Shown: positions 9,623 through 19,993, counted from the first letter of the stretch. The stretch: DNA of 64,000 nucleotides from an uncultured bacterium (GCA_963977015.1 CAXBMO010000002.1:288001-352000), one strand, 5' to 3'. The notes: a model not told the origin generated them from the letters alone. Numbers and translations: made by a program.

Positions 9623-12241
9623 ATGCCGAAAATCCCTCAACTTGTAGTCCTCATCCTGGTCGGATTGCTCCCCATCGGTTTGCAGGCCGCCCCCAGCGCG
9701 GAGATCAAGGTTAGAGCAACGTCTTACTACCTGGGGAGTCCCTTCAACTTCTACGTTCAAGTCAATGGCGTGAAGAGCGCCCCGCAGCCGGATTTGCTGG
9801 AAACCGACGCGCTCCAGATTCGCTATGTTGGCGCGGCTCCAAGCTCGAGAAACGGCATCGATTCGTTCACCTTCACCTACGAGGCGATTCCGCTGAAATC
9901 GGGTAGAGTCAACATCCCCGGTGGATTGGTTAGTGTTGGCAGTCAGGATGTTCCTTTTACGTTTTCCGAGATTGAGGTGAAGCTCCCCAAGCCCACCGAC
10001 GAGATGGAGCTGACGGTCGAACTTTCCAAAACCGAGTGTTACGTCGGCGAGCCGGTTACCCTGACGTTTCACTGGACCACCAATCTCTCCCTCAACGGCG
10101 TCAAGGCCGCGGACATCCGCATTCCCGCTCTCACCGACTACCAGTTTCGGGTTCGACCTCCCGTTGGCGAGTTCGACCCTAACGCGGATAATGCGATCGG
10201 CTTGCCGGTTTCCAACGAGCGGGTCATCGCACAGTACGAAGAGACGAATCGCAACCAAAAGCCCGCAGTTCGATTGACCTTCCAAAAAATCATCATCCCC
10301 ACCAAGAGCGGCGACCTCCCCCTCCTCATCAAACCTCCAACTCTGATGTGCTCGTTTGTTGAGCCTCGCGACGGCCGCTTCAAGGGCACGCGCTATCCCA
10401 GCTACTTCAACAATGAATTTTTTGATGAAGACGTTACCGGTAGTTATCAGCGTCTCATGGTTCAGGGACAGCCCACGATGCTTCAAGTCAAGCCGCTCCC
10501 CATCGAGGGAAAACCCTCCAATTTCAGCGGAATCATTGGCTCCTTCACGCTGGATGCCCAAGCCGATCCGTTGGTGGTCGAGGTGAATGAACCAATCACG
10601 TTGTCACTCGAAGCCAAAGGCCATCCCTATCCGCATCTTCTTGAACTGCCGCCCTTTTCCTCGCAGTCGGCCTTAACCCGAAGTTTTGCGATGCCGGCAG
10701 AACAGTCCAGACCCCGGCTCGTTGACGGCATCGCCTCCTTCAGCCAAACGCTTCGTCCGCTTCGGGAAAATGTCACCGCGATCCCCGCGTTGGAATTCAG
10801 CTTTTTTGATCCGGAAATCGGCAACTATGGAGTTGCGCGAACCGCCCCCATTTCCCTGACCGTTTCCCCGGTCACGGCGGTCAATATTCTGGATGCGGAA
10901 TTCAGCGATGGTTCGGCGCTCAAAAATGTGGTGGAGCCCCAACCCGGCGGCATTTTTGCGAACTACAGCGGCCCGGAACTTCTCATCAACCGAAAACCGG
11001 AAACCTGGGCCGCCAACGCCTTTGGCTGGGTTCTGGCCTGGATCCTCCCTCCCCTTCTCTTTGGCGCCTTGTGGTATGCGACGAAGAATCTCCGGCTCGC
11101 ACGCCACAACCCGGACCTGGCGAAGAAACGAAGAGCCTTCAGCCGCTTTCGCTTCTCACTCTGGAAACTCGGACCTGATCCGGACCCCAACGATTTGAGC
11201 CGGGCGCTGAAGAGCTACCTGGAGGAACGCTTTGATGTTCCCCACTTCGAAAGCGGCGCGAGAGAACTGAGAACCATCGCGGAACAAGTAAAGGTCGATC
11301 AACATGAAGCCGACATTCTCATCGGCCTGATCGATAGTTCTTCAGCAAGCGGTTACTCCAAGCATGACGTTGAGCCTCCTGCCGTTGGGCGCGAAGGGCT
11401 TCTGCAACTGGTGCGCAGGTTGGAAGTGCAGGCCGGTCGCGCCGCCGTTGTTGTCGTTGTTGTCGTTCTGGCCATGCTGACGGCAACGCAGGCGTTCGGT
11501 GAAAATGCTCCCGATACGTTGGCGGAAGCGGAGGAGTTTTTTGCGAAGGCCAATGAAACCGCGCTTGTTGATCCCGGCAAGGCGCAGAAGTTCTATGCCC
11601 TGGCCGCCGAGCGGTTTGAGAGTCTGCGAACCGACTTTCAGATTGAGAACGGAGAACTCTACGCAAATCTGGCGAACACCCACTTCCTGGCTGGCGACAT
11701 TGGGCGTTCGATTCTCAATCTTCGTCGCGCAGAGCGATTCCGTCCCAATGATTCCCAACTCGCCGAATCGCTTCACTATGTGCGAACGCAGCGAGTGGAT
11801 ATCTTTCCCGAGAAAACGACTTCACTCTTGGTTAGACGCCTCTTCTTCTGGCATTTCCTGTTCGAGCCGCGAACGCAGGTAAAAATTGTGGCTTTTCTCT
11901 TCGCGGGAATGTGGCTGGTCCTCGGCATTCACCTTCTGCGGCCGATCAATAACCGCTGGCAAATCATCGCGGGACTTGGAGGTGTGGCTGCGGTCTTGCT
12001 CATCTCACTTCTCATCCATGCCGGCCATGATCACCGTCGTGATGCGGTCATTGTTGAAGCTGAAGTCGTCGCGCGAAAAGGTGACTCCTTCGTCTATGAC
12101 CCAGCCTTTACCAATTCCCTCCATTCGGGGACGGAAGTCCGCATCCTGGAGCAACGCCGCGATTGGCTGCACGTCAGGACTCCGAACCAGAGCGACGGCT
12201 GGATTCCCGCGAGTAGCGCAGAACGGGTGCTCCCAAATTGA
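9623..12241 (+). CDS. BatD-like protein fused to a BatE-like TPR/SH3 region
   Basis: Signal peptide; YVGEPVTLT, VKPLP.EGKPSNFSG, FFDPE.G.Y; C-terminal TPR (LYANLANTHF...RRAERF) and SH3-like LHSGTEVRILEQRRDWL...GWIP. Confidence 0.75.
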   Translation: MPKIPQLVVLILVGLLPIGLQAAPSAEIKVRATSYYLGSPFNFYVQVNGVKSAPQPDLLETDALQIRYVGAAPSSRNGIDSFTFTYEAIPLKSGRVNIPGGLVSVGSQDVPFTFSEIEVKLPKPTDEMELTVELSKTECYVGEPVTLTFHWTTNLSLNGVKAADIRIPALTDYQFRVRPPVGEFDPNADNAIGLPVSNERVIAQYEETNRNQKPAVRLTFQKIIIPTKSGDLPLLIKPPTLMCSFVEPRDGRFKGTRYPSYFNNEFFDEDVTGSYQRLMVQGQPTMLQVKPLPIEGKPSNFSGIIGSFTLDAQADPLVVEVNEPITLSLEAKGHPYPHLLELPPFSSQSALTRSFAMPAEQSRPRLVDGIASFSQTLRPLRENVTAIPALEFSFFDPEIGNYGVARTAPISLTVSPVTAVNILDAEFSDGSALKNVVEPQPGGIFANYSGPELLINRKPETWAANAFGWVLAWILPPLLFGALWYATKNLRLARHNPDLAKKRRAFSRFRFSLWKLGPDPDPNDLSRALKSYLEERFDVPHFESGARELRTIAEQVKVDQHEADILIGLIDSSSASGYSKHDVEPPAVGREGLLQLVRRLEVQAGRAAVVVVVVVLAMLTATQAFGENAPDTLAEAEEFFAKANETALVDPGKAQKFYALAAERFESLRTDFQIENGELYANLANTHFLAGDIGRSILNLRRAERFRPNDSQLAESLHYVRTQRVDIFPEKTTSLLVRRLFFWHFLFEPRTQVKIVAFLFAGMWLVLGIHLLRPINNRWQIIAGLGGVAAVLLISLLIHAGHDHRRDAVIVEAEVVARKGDSFVYDPAFTNSLHSGTEVRILEQRRDWLHVRTPNQSDGWIPASSAERVLPN

Positions 12242-12249
12242 TCTGAACC

Positions 12250-15200
12250 TCAACGGTCGAAAGCCAGCCGCAAGTCTCTTTCCGAATTCGAGTCGGCACT
12301 CAAACGTGAGGCGCTCAATCGCTCCTTCAACGAAGCGGCACGGTTCCGGATGTCATCCAGGTAAGCGACACTGTCAATCGGGCCACCCTTCTTCCATGGC
12401 TCCGCCAGCCGCTCGTAAACTCCATTGACGGTTGCCGCCTGGGCTTCACCAATGGCAACGCTATCCAAAAGAAGATACTCGCAAATAAAGAGCAACACCT
12501 GCCGGTCATCCCTGGTGATGGTTTCAAACTCTTCCCGTGCCTCGATAATGCGAAACAATGATTGGATCTCACCACCCGGCTTCGAAAACGCGGAGGCAGT
12601 TTGGAAATAGAGCGAATTCGGCATGTCTGCGACCATTCCCCGAGGATCCAACTCCCGCTTCGACATCATTTCGGCAGTCCAGAGCAAGCGATACTGGTAT
12701 CCCAAATAAAACCGGTTCATCGGATGATTCTCCTGGTCCCAACCAAGAAACTCCGCATTGGAAATCGCGGCCTCGAGTTCGATGCTTGCCCGCTTCAGGT
12801 CTCCGGAAATGAATAGGTGATAGTCCGCACGGCGCTCATGAAAGTTCGGAAGCGACTCACGCCAGGCGACACTGCCCAGATATCGTTTCTCTTGAGCGTT
12901 GGTCGACATGTGAATGGCCTTCGTCAAAGCCCGGTCCGCATTGTAGGCATTCCCTGAATAGTGCGCCGCCAGTGCCTGTAGCAAATGGCAACGGATATAT
13001 TCCTGGCAGACTTCCAGGTAGATCCCTTCACCTTCGTTTTCCCGCTCGGAATCGGGATCCGCATTCAAGTTCGAAAGCTGCGCCACGGTATCAATCAACT
13101 CGCGAATCCTGATGGAGTTCGCCGACATTTCCTCGCTCTTCCGCAACTCCCAATTCTCCAGATAATAGTGGGCTTTGAACTGGTTGATGACGGCGGCCAG
13201 CAGGTGATTCCCGGCACTCAACGTCACATCCCGTTCCACGATCAGTTCCTGAAACGAGACCGCTTCAAAGCACTGCCGCAAGAGGGACATCGCCGAGTCA
13301 AAATCGTCCACTGCAGAATTGGGATCCTTATCAACCAGGGAGTTCTCGGAGGCATTGCTATCGAATTTCGACCGGGTTTTGCATTCACCACGAAAAGCCA
13401 GGACGTAGGCATGCAGAAAGCGAAACTCTCGAACGTAGTCCAACGCCTCGACCGCAGAGAAGAGAGGATCCAGGCAGACATCGAACTTGCGCCGGTAGTA
13501 ATAAAGGCGCGCCCAATCCGAATAGCACAATCCTCGCAACCCCGTCAAAATCCGGGAATTGTCCCTCCCCTGCTTTTCCTCTTTCCGGTACAATTCGGTT
13601 GCCGTCCGAAAGGCAAAAATGGCTCGATCGTAATCATTTTCGCGTCCATCAAAGGCAGAAAGCGCGGTTTGGTACTTGCTTTGAAACTCAGAATCCGTCG
13701 CGCCTTCGTCGGGTGAGGGCTTGAGGCTCGTCAACAGATTCGCGATCAGATGCCAATCGGTCGCCCGGATCTGTTTGCCCTTTTTCTCAATGAGATCCGT
13801 AATAATATCATAGCAGGCACTCCTCCCCTTCTCTTTGTCGTAACTCTTCCGGTCATCCATCAAGGCACCCAGTTCCTGCAGTTGCCGGGCCATTTCTCCA
13901 TCTTCCGGAAGCCATTTCTCTTGCAGAGTTCGATAAAATTCCGGAGCTTTTTTCGAATCCAGGATCGATTGCTTCAAACCTTCAATCTCCTGCTTCTTCC
14001 CTTTTCTCCCGTCATAAATTGCCTTCCGTATTTCCGGGGTAAACCAGGGAGAAACCTCAAACCACCACGATTGGCCGTCGAGAGCCGGAGCCAGACTAAC
14101 GAACAAAGCCTGTTGCCGTTGAATCGGCTGCCGAATGGTTTGATCGAACAGCGAGAAACTCGCCAAAACGACGAGAACAAGCATCGCCGCCAACATCGCC
14201 AACCGATAGCGGGTGCGCAGCCGCGGCATCACTTCGAAAACTGATTCCGAGCGATCCTGAATCATCACCCGCGCGCCCTTCATCTGCTCAACCTTGAAAC
14301 GGCGATTCCACTCTCCAACATGGGTTCTCGCAGCTCCGGACAACCGGATGGCGCCAACCAATTCGGGATCGGGGAGAAACTCCAACGTTTCGCTCACCGC
14401 GGATCCCTCCGGCGGACCATTCTCTTTGTCGTTGATCAACCCAAAATGGACAGCGCCACCACATTTCCCCCCCGTTGCACGAAACACATCAATCACAAAA
14501 CCGACACCGTCTTCCACGCGATCAAAAGCAAAGATCCGCGTGGTCCGAGCTTCTTCCTTCGGCAGCGTGGCCTCCTTTCCGTTGTCCAACTCAAGCGCTT
14601 CCTGAATCGCGTCGCTGAAGCGCTGGATGGACTCCCCGTTGCTAACTGCCGCCAACGCTGCCGGCTTGAGGTGATTCTGGCCTTTTCCAAGACGAGGCAG
14701 CCGTGGTTCAACGCCGGGCGGACAGTATTCCCAAACCTCCACTTCTTTGACGATTCCCTTCAGGCTGTAGGATTTGTGCCGAAACACCTTTCCATAGACT
14801 TTGGGGTCACCAAGATCATCTTCGATGAGATGCGCGACAGATGGCGATAGAATGATCTGGTTGTCCTGAGACAAGTCGTTCAAGCGATGAACGCGGTCGA
14901 CAAAGCTCCCCTGGAGTCGCCCGGATGCGTTGCGCCGCACCTTCCCGCTGTCGATGGAGAGATGATAGCGAACTTGAGGGTAATCGTAGCCCTCAGGCGC
15001 CTCGATGTCATATTTGGGGTCGAGCAGCTCCGTCGCCCATTGCCGCGCGGAATGCGGATCCTCGAACGACAGGAAACAAGCGTCACCTGTCTGATCGACA
15101 ATCTTGCCCTTGTACTTCTTGGCAAGCGCATTGGTGTGCGCACGAAAGGGAACCAGGATTTGGCGTTCGTAATTTTCGAGCCGCTCTTCGGGACTACTGC

Positions 15201-15831
15201 CCATCAGCGGCTTGAGGTCGGTGGAATGCAGAATGTCGATCACGACAAGACTCAGCCGAACGATCTCACCGGCATCTTCCTGCGATTGCCCTACGTGTTG
15301 CGTGGAACGAAGCTCAAAAATCCGAGTCGGTTTACGCTCCTTCAGCAGTTGTTGGCGTCCCAGGAAGAGAATCTCCAACTCCCCCATTTCGGCGGATGCC
15401 AGGCTTTCCGCCACGTCCTCTTCAATGTAAATCTGGTTCGGCCCGGCTTTGGCCGCAAGCGCATCGGCATGGGGCACTCCTCGGAATTCGTCTTCGTTAT
15501 CTCTTCCCGCCGTGGTGGATATGCCGATGTAAAAATTGATTGGCTCAGTCGCCCCCTCGGGAACAACCTGGAGGCCACTCTTCCCGTTCCCGATCAGAAT
15601 TCGGGAAAAATTGAGGAGATTTTTGACCTCGGAAATTTCAACGACGAACGGACTTTCGCGGTTGGCCAGGGTGGCTTTGGATTCGGCGGAACAGAATTTC
15701 TGCAGTTGCTCCGAAACCTCCAGAATGACCTGCTCGCGATACGAATCCGCCTCCTTCGTCCTACCTCGTCGGTTTCGCAGGATTTCGGCATCGGCGATAT
15801 CGATTACGACGACGAAATTCTTATGGGCCAT
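12250..15831 (-). CDS. Membrane-anchored class III nucleotide cyclase-family protein: three cyclase-like domains, one TM helix, large helical/TPR-like C-terminus
   Basis: Central domain LVVIDILHST...TGDACF...GSFVDRVHRL...QIILS...LKGI; flanking degenerate copies; TM LAMLAAMLVLVVLASFSLF. Confidence 0.75.
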   Translation of the reverse strand: MAHKNFVVVIDIADAEILRNRRGRTKEADSYREQVILEVSEQLQKFCSAESKATLANRESPFVVEISEVKNLLNFSRILIGNGKSGLQVVPEGATEPINFYIGISTTAGRDNEDEFRGVPHADALAAKAGPNQIYIEEDVAESLASAEMGELEILFLGRQQLLKERKPTRIFELRSTQHVGQSQEDAGEIVRLSLVVIDILHSTDLKPLMGSSPEERLENYERQILVPFRAHTNALAKKYKGKIVDQTGDACFLSFEDPHSARQWATELLDPKYDIEAPEGYDYPQVRYHLSIDSGKVRRNASGRLQGSFVDRVHRLNDLSQDNQIILSPSVAHLIEDDLGDPKVYGKVFRHKSYSLKGIVKEVEVWEYCPPGVEPRLPRLGKGQNHLKPAALAAVSNGESIQRFSDAIQEALELDNGKEATLPKEEARTTRIFAFDRVEDGVGFVIDVFRATGGKCGGAVHFGLINDKENGPPEGSAVSETLEFLPDPELVGAIRLSGAARTHVGEWNRRFKVEQMKGARVMIQDRSESVFEVMPRLRTRYRLAMLAAMLVLVVLASFSLFDQTIRQPIQRQQALFVSLAPALDGQSWWFEVSPWFTPEIRKAIYDGRKGKKQEIEGLKQSILDSKKAPEFYRTLQEKWLPEDGEMARQLQELGALMDDRKSYDKEKGRSACYDIITDLIEKKGKQIRATDWHLIANLLTSLKPSPDEGATDSEFQSKYQTALSAFDGRENDYDRAIFAFRTATELYRKEEKQGRDNSRILTGLRGLCYSDWARLYYYRRKFDVCLDPLFSAVEALDYVREFRFLHAYVLAFRGECKTRSKFDSNASENSLVDKDPNSAVDDFDSAMSLLRQCFEAVSFQELIVERDVTLSAGNHLLAAVINQFKAHYYLENWELRKSEEMSANSIRIRELIDTVAQLSNLNADPDSERENEGEGIYLEVCQEYIRCHLLQALAAHYSGNAYNADRALTKAIHMSTNAQEKRYLGSVAWRESLPNFHERRADYHLFISGDLKRASIELEAAISNAEFLGWDQENHPMNRFYLGYQYRLLWTAEMMSKRELDPRGMVADMPNSLYFQTASAFSKPGGEIQSLFRIIEAREEFETITRDDRQVLLFICEYLLLDSVAIGEAQAATVNGVYERLAEPWKKGGPIDSVAYLDDIRNRAASLKERLSASRLSADSNSERDLRLAFDR

Positions 15832-15895
15832 TGGTGGGAATCATAGTTTGCCTCCCCTGATGGTTGCAACCGAAAAGCCGGAACTTCACACTTCT

Positions 15896-15932
15896 AAAAA
15901 AGGAAGAAGCCCGGCCTATCCGACCGGGCTTC
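15896..15932 (-). terminator. Probable intrinsic terminator of the DUF547 gene
   Basis: GAAGCCCGG/CCGGGCTTC stem, then TTCCTTTTT on the minus strand. Confidence 0.55.
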
Positions 15933-15954
15933 CGCCATAACAGCACACACAAAG

Positions 15955-16686
15955 CTACTTCGCTTCATTTCGACTCCAGTTGTACTTCTGAAATTCAATC
16001 GTTGTGTCTTTTTTCAGCGGATTTTTCCGAAATTCGTTCAAAAAGCCCTTCACGTCGCCGTCGTTGAAGTCTTCCGCGAACCAGTCAAAGATCTGCGAAA
16101 CACGCGCCACCTTGCCACCATCCGCGAGGGTCACGCCCTCGGGATTGTCGTTCACGTAATCCAAGGTCAAAGCCTGCAAATCAGCCTCCAGCGTTGCCTC
16201 CGCGAACGCGCGATCCAAGAGCGGTGGACAACTCGCACTGGCACAATTCAAGGCAAAGTGAACGCGCGGTTCGTTGAATTCCGGCCGAATGATTCCGTGC
16301 TCAAGATGATTGAAGCTCATCTTTTTCCCCGCCACTTCGATGATGTCGGAACCAAAGAAGCGATTTCGCTTCAGGAAATTGTCGTTGTTGTAGGGGTGCC
16401 GCTCCAGAAAATGAAAAACCGTCCACGCATTGTAGGCGTTGATGTAGAAGGCGAGCTTCTCGTCCTCACTGAGCCCCGAAAGCGACTGCGCCGCGATTCC
16501 GTCCACGACCGATTTCAGCTTGGCCATATCGGCAGAATCTTTGTGCCATTCGTTGTATTTCACCCCGTCAGGAGTCACGTATTTCCCCAGCAACTCGCTG
16601 TATTGACCGACCCAATTTCCAGAGTCGGCTTGAAGATTTGAGCCAAGGGCAAAGACAGAAGTCAGAAGGATCAGGAAGGTTTTCAT
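15955..16686 (-). CDS. DUF547 family secreted protein
   Basis: LAFYINAYNA, EPRVHFALNCASASCPPL, SQIFDWF; start chosen at MKTFLILL (signal peptide). Confidence 0.9.
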   Translation of the reverse strand: MKTFLILLTSVFALGSNLQADSGNWVGQYSELLGKYVTPDGVKYNEWHKDSADMAKLKSVVDGIAAQSLSGLSEDEKLAFYINAYNAWTVFHFLERHPYNNDNFLKRNRFFGSDIIEVAGKKMSFNHLEHGIIRPEFNEPRVHFALNCASASCPPLLDRAFAEATLEADLQALTLDYVNDNPEGVTLADGGKVARVSQIFDWFAEDFNDGDVKGFLNEFRKNPLKKDTTIEFQKYNWSRNEAK

Positions 16687-16756
16687 ATTACTAAGGGATT
16701 CGTTGATGGATCTATTGGATAGACCGCGGGCATGTTCAGATCTTACAAAAGCCGTT

Positions 16757-18322
16757 CTATTCCTCAACATCCCAATCATTGGAGCGGAGTTGTTGCCGCA
16801 GTTTGCGACGATCAGCCCGATGCTGGATTTGGCGATGTTGTTTCGGGGTCAGGATTTCATCATCGCGGCCCAAGCTGCGCCCCGCCATCACTGATCCCAG
16901 CGGCTCAATTTGAGCCACGACGTCCGCGAGCCCAAACTGGTCAATCTGGGCACGAACCTGCTCGGCCGGCTTGTAGCCAATCGGGCTCTCAGAAATATCC
17001 GCCTTGCCCAAGTACCAACGCACTTCAATGTCCTTGGTCGAATTCTTGAGTTCCTGCTCCAACGCGTCCGAGTCAAAACTTCCGTCCTTTCGCCGAAACT
17101 GCCGCACCAGAGCCCGACGCGAAAGATTTCGCCCGGCCCCATGCGGAGCAAAGGAAAGATAGTCAGGATTGTCGCGCCCCAGCACCATCAAAATCGGGCT
17201 TGCCATGTTCAGCGGGATCAATCCGAGAAGCGGTCGCCCCTTTGCATCATTCCAAGCTGGCGTTGCGCCTTTGCCGTGCAAAAAGAGGTCGCCACGTTTC
17301 CAGACGAAATTGTGTTCGTTCCCAAACGCGGTGATGGATTTGGCGTTTGCTTCTTCCAGAAACCGATGATGGATGGCCTCGTGATTGGCCTTGGTCCAGC
17401 GCCCCACATACTGCAGCGCCGCCCAATAGTCCGCTCCCTTTTCGCTGTCCATGCTCAGCCAGGCCGCCGCATCCGGAACTCCGGCTGCGATTTTGGCGGT
17501 TTCCTTAATCGCGGCCTGCATTCCCCGCTTGAAGACGTGAGCCCCCAGTCCACGCGAACCATGATGGCTCACCAACACTCTCAATTCCTGCTCCTGATCA
17601 CGCTCGCGAATGGATCGGACCAATTCCCGGTAACCGGCAGCCTCCAGCCGTTGCAGGCATTCCTCCGCAAACGCAACGGTTCCCAGGAATGCAAAATGGT
17701 TTCCGTCCCCCTGATCTGCCATGTGCGCCCGAGCATGGTCTTGAAGCCCGGAAAGAAACGGATTCGTCCAAACCGGCTCATCATTGACGGGACTCGAAAC
17801 CCGATCCGCACCGACTCTTCCACCGGGACCAAATCGCGTGCTGTCAACGAGCGCATCCAGCATTGCATCGCATTCGCCTCCACCGGAAAAGAAGGTCGCA
17901 TGCATTGAGCAACAGATGTCCGAACCGTGTCCGCCGGGCAAAATCGCATTTTTCGCGGCAATCGCGCCCCCAACCGGAATATGGGCCGGAGCATTTCCGG
18001 CGGGGCAGGCGTCGGGCATGATGGCCCCGGCTTCCACAACCGGACACGCCATCAGCTCCCTCATGTATCGACGAACCAATTTCAGGTTCTTCTCGTCAAC
18101 GGGATTGGTTGCTTCGATCGCTTCACGAAAGGGCAGCGGTTTCTCCCTCATGACCATGCGCGTATCCGGCTTCGGAAAGCGTCGTTCCAAAAGCTTCACC
18201 AGGTATTTGGGATCGCTGATCCCTTTGTCGTTGAGTTCTGTTGCCTCTCTCAGAATTTGCTCCAGCACTTCCGAGTCATCCGGCCATCCCGCCTCAACGA
18301 GTTCTTGCTGCGTTAGGGGCAC
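16757..18322 (-). CDS. rtcB: RtcB family RNA ligase (GTG start inferred; ORF open from 18514)
   Basis: MPDAC, DICC, GDGNHF, HHGSRG, NEHN, HGKGA, PHGAGR motifs. Confidence 0.85.
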   Translation of the reverse strand: MPLTQQELVEAGWPDDSEVLEQILREATELNDKGISDPKYLVKLLERRFPKPDTRMVMREKPLPFREAIEATNPVDEKNLKLVRRYMRELMACPVVEAGAIMPDACPAGNAPAHIPVGGAIAAKNAILPGGHGSDICCSMHATFFSGGGECDAMLDALVDSTRFGPGGRVGADRVSSPVNDEPVWTNPFLSGLQDHARAHMADQGDGNHFAFLGTVAFAEECLQRLEAAGYRELVRSIRERDQEQELRVLVSHHGSRGLGAHVFKRGMQAAIKETAKIAAGVPDAAAWLSMDSEKGADYWAALQYVGRWTKANHEAIHHRFLEEANAKSITAFGNEHNFVWKRGDLFLHGKGATPAWNDAKGRPLLGLIPLNMASPILMVLGRDNPDYLSFAPHGAGRNLSRRALVRQFRRKDGSFDSDALEQELKNSTKDIEVRWYLGKADISESPIGYKPAEQVRAQIDQFGLADVVAQIEPLGSVMAGRSLGRDDEILTPKQHRQIQHRADRRKLRQQLRSNDWDVEE

Positions 18323-18568
18323 CTTCCACAATCCCCCGAATTTCGACGACCCGCAACCTGGATGCTCCAAGGAGCGTTGGAAAATGATGACGGACGCGCA
18401 AGTTGTTCCTCCATTTTGAAGATTGGCTTCGCATGATCTTGAGATGCGGCGCTTTTCCCGACTGGAAATGCTGTTCGGGGCTTTGTGAGGCTCATCGCCG
18501 CCCCGAGCCATCATTCCCAGTCGACAAAATCACTCACAGCGCGTCTCGACCTCATTTTCAAACGCGCC

Positions 18569-19993
18569 CTAAAGATCGTTGTCGCGAACTTCGGCCAGCT
18601 TATTGGTTAGCTTTCCCCGAAGGCGTTTCAATTCCGTTTGAGAGCCGGGATCATCAACCAGATTCGTGAACTGCTTGGGATCCTTCCTCATGTCAAACAA
18701 CTCCGCACCTCCCGAGCCGTCTTCCTTGTATTGAATATAGGCCCAGTCTTTCTCCCGGAGCAGAAACCCCTTGCGACTCGGAGCGACACTGAAGGCTGCG
18801 TCTCTCACTTCAAAGCCCGGATCATCCAGCATTCTGGAGATGTCTTTGCCTTGCAGGCGATCCGGAACCTCGAGCCCGCACAGACTTGCGAGCGTCGGAT
18901 AGAGATCGAGCAACTCGACCAAGGAATCACAAACCGCCGGTTTCTTTCCAGGCACGCTGATGATGAGGGGAACGCCGGCCGACTCATCCCGCAGACTCAC
19001 CTTGGCCCAGAAATCGTGCTCTCCCAGATGATAGCCATGATCACTGGTAAAAATGACGATCGTCTCATCTTCCATGCCACTCTTGGCAAGAGCCTCCATC
19101 ACCTTGCCGACCTGGGCATCCATGAACTCCACCGAGGCATAGTATCCACCCACCGCTTTCTTCTGGCGCCTCACATTCATCTTCATATTGACGCTGGTTT
19201 TGTAGTTGATCCCGGGTTTCGGAATATCATCCCAATCGCCTTCCCGCTTTTCAGGCAGGACCATTTTGTCGTAGGGAAGAAACGGAGCGTAGTAGGGCTT
19301 TGGAGCGACAAACGGAACGTGAGGTCGAACAAATCCAACTCCTAACCAGAAAGCACGGTCGCGAAACGCTCCGATCAACTGACTGGCCTTGGCCGCTGTC
19401 TTGCCGTCAGAATGGACCAGGTCGTCGCCATCCGCCTCAACCACGACAAAGGTGTTCCCTCCCACAACCGGCTTTTTTCCATCTGGATTACCTTCCAAGG
19501 TCTCACCGGGCCCGGGCGCTTTCCATTCCGGACCGGGACTGTTGTATTTCTCGTTCCATGAGGCAGGATCGTCAGCGCCATCGCCGCCACCCTCGATTCC
19601 GCCGGGAACCCCCATGTGATAGATCTTGCTGACCCGGGCCGCATGATAGCCGTGGTTCATGAAATGTTGCGACCAGGTTGCTCGCTCCCCGAGCTTTGGT
19701 CGCGGGTTGGTATATCCCAAGGTTCCGGTTGCATGGGGGTAATAGCCTGACATGAAGGAGGCTCGAGACGGTCCACAATACGTTCCCTGGCAATAGGCCT
19801 GGGTGAACCGTGTTCCCTTTGCGGCGATCGCATCGATATTGGGCGTCTGGCAGACCGTATTCCCATAACAGGACAAGGCTGTTGAGGTCAGATCATCCGA
19901 GATGATGAAAAGCACATTAAACCTCGCCTTCTCCTCCGCGGTGAGGGGCGCCAGAAATCCAAAAATCGCACCAAGGTAGATGGAAAGTCTCAT
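18569..19993 (-). CDS. Formylglycine-dependent sulfatase (iduronate-2-sulfatase-like)
   Basis: NVLFIISDDL, CGPSRAS (CxPxR), GFVRPHVPF, SDHGYHLGEH. Confidence 0.92.
   Translation of the reverse strand: MRLSIYLGAIFGFLAPLTAEEKARFNVLFIISDDLTSTALSCYGNTVCQTPNIDAIAAKGTRFTQAYCQGTYCGPSRASFMSGYYPHATGTLGYTNPRPKLGERATWSQHFMNHGYHAARVSKIYHMGVPGGIEGGGDGADDPASWNEKYNSPGPEWKAPGPGETLEGNPDGKKPVVGGNTFVVVEADGDDLVHSDGKTAAKASQLIGAFRDRAFWLGVGFVRPHVPFVAPKPYYAPFLPYDKMVLPEKREGDWDDIPKPGINYKTSVNMKMNVRRQKKAVGGYYASVEFMDAQVGKVMEALAKSGMEDETIVIFTSDHGYHLGEHDFWAKVSLRDESAGVPLIISVPGKKPAVCDSLVELLDLYPTLASLCGLEVPDRLQGKDISRMLDDPGFEVRDAAFSVAPSRKGFLLREKDWAYIQYKEDGSGGAELFDMRKDPKQFTNLVDDPGSQTELKRLRGKLTNKLAEVRDNDL

Noticed and set aside
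15865-15880. GG-N10-GC upstream of the cyclase gene (CGGCTT-N5-TTGCA)
   Set aside because: Poor -24 match; plausible by chance
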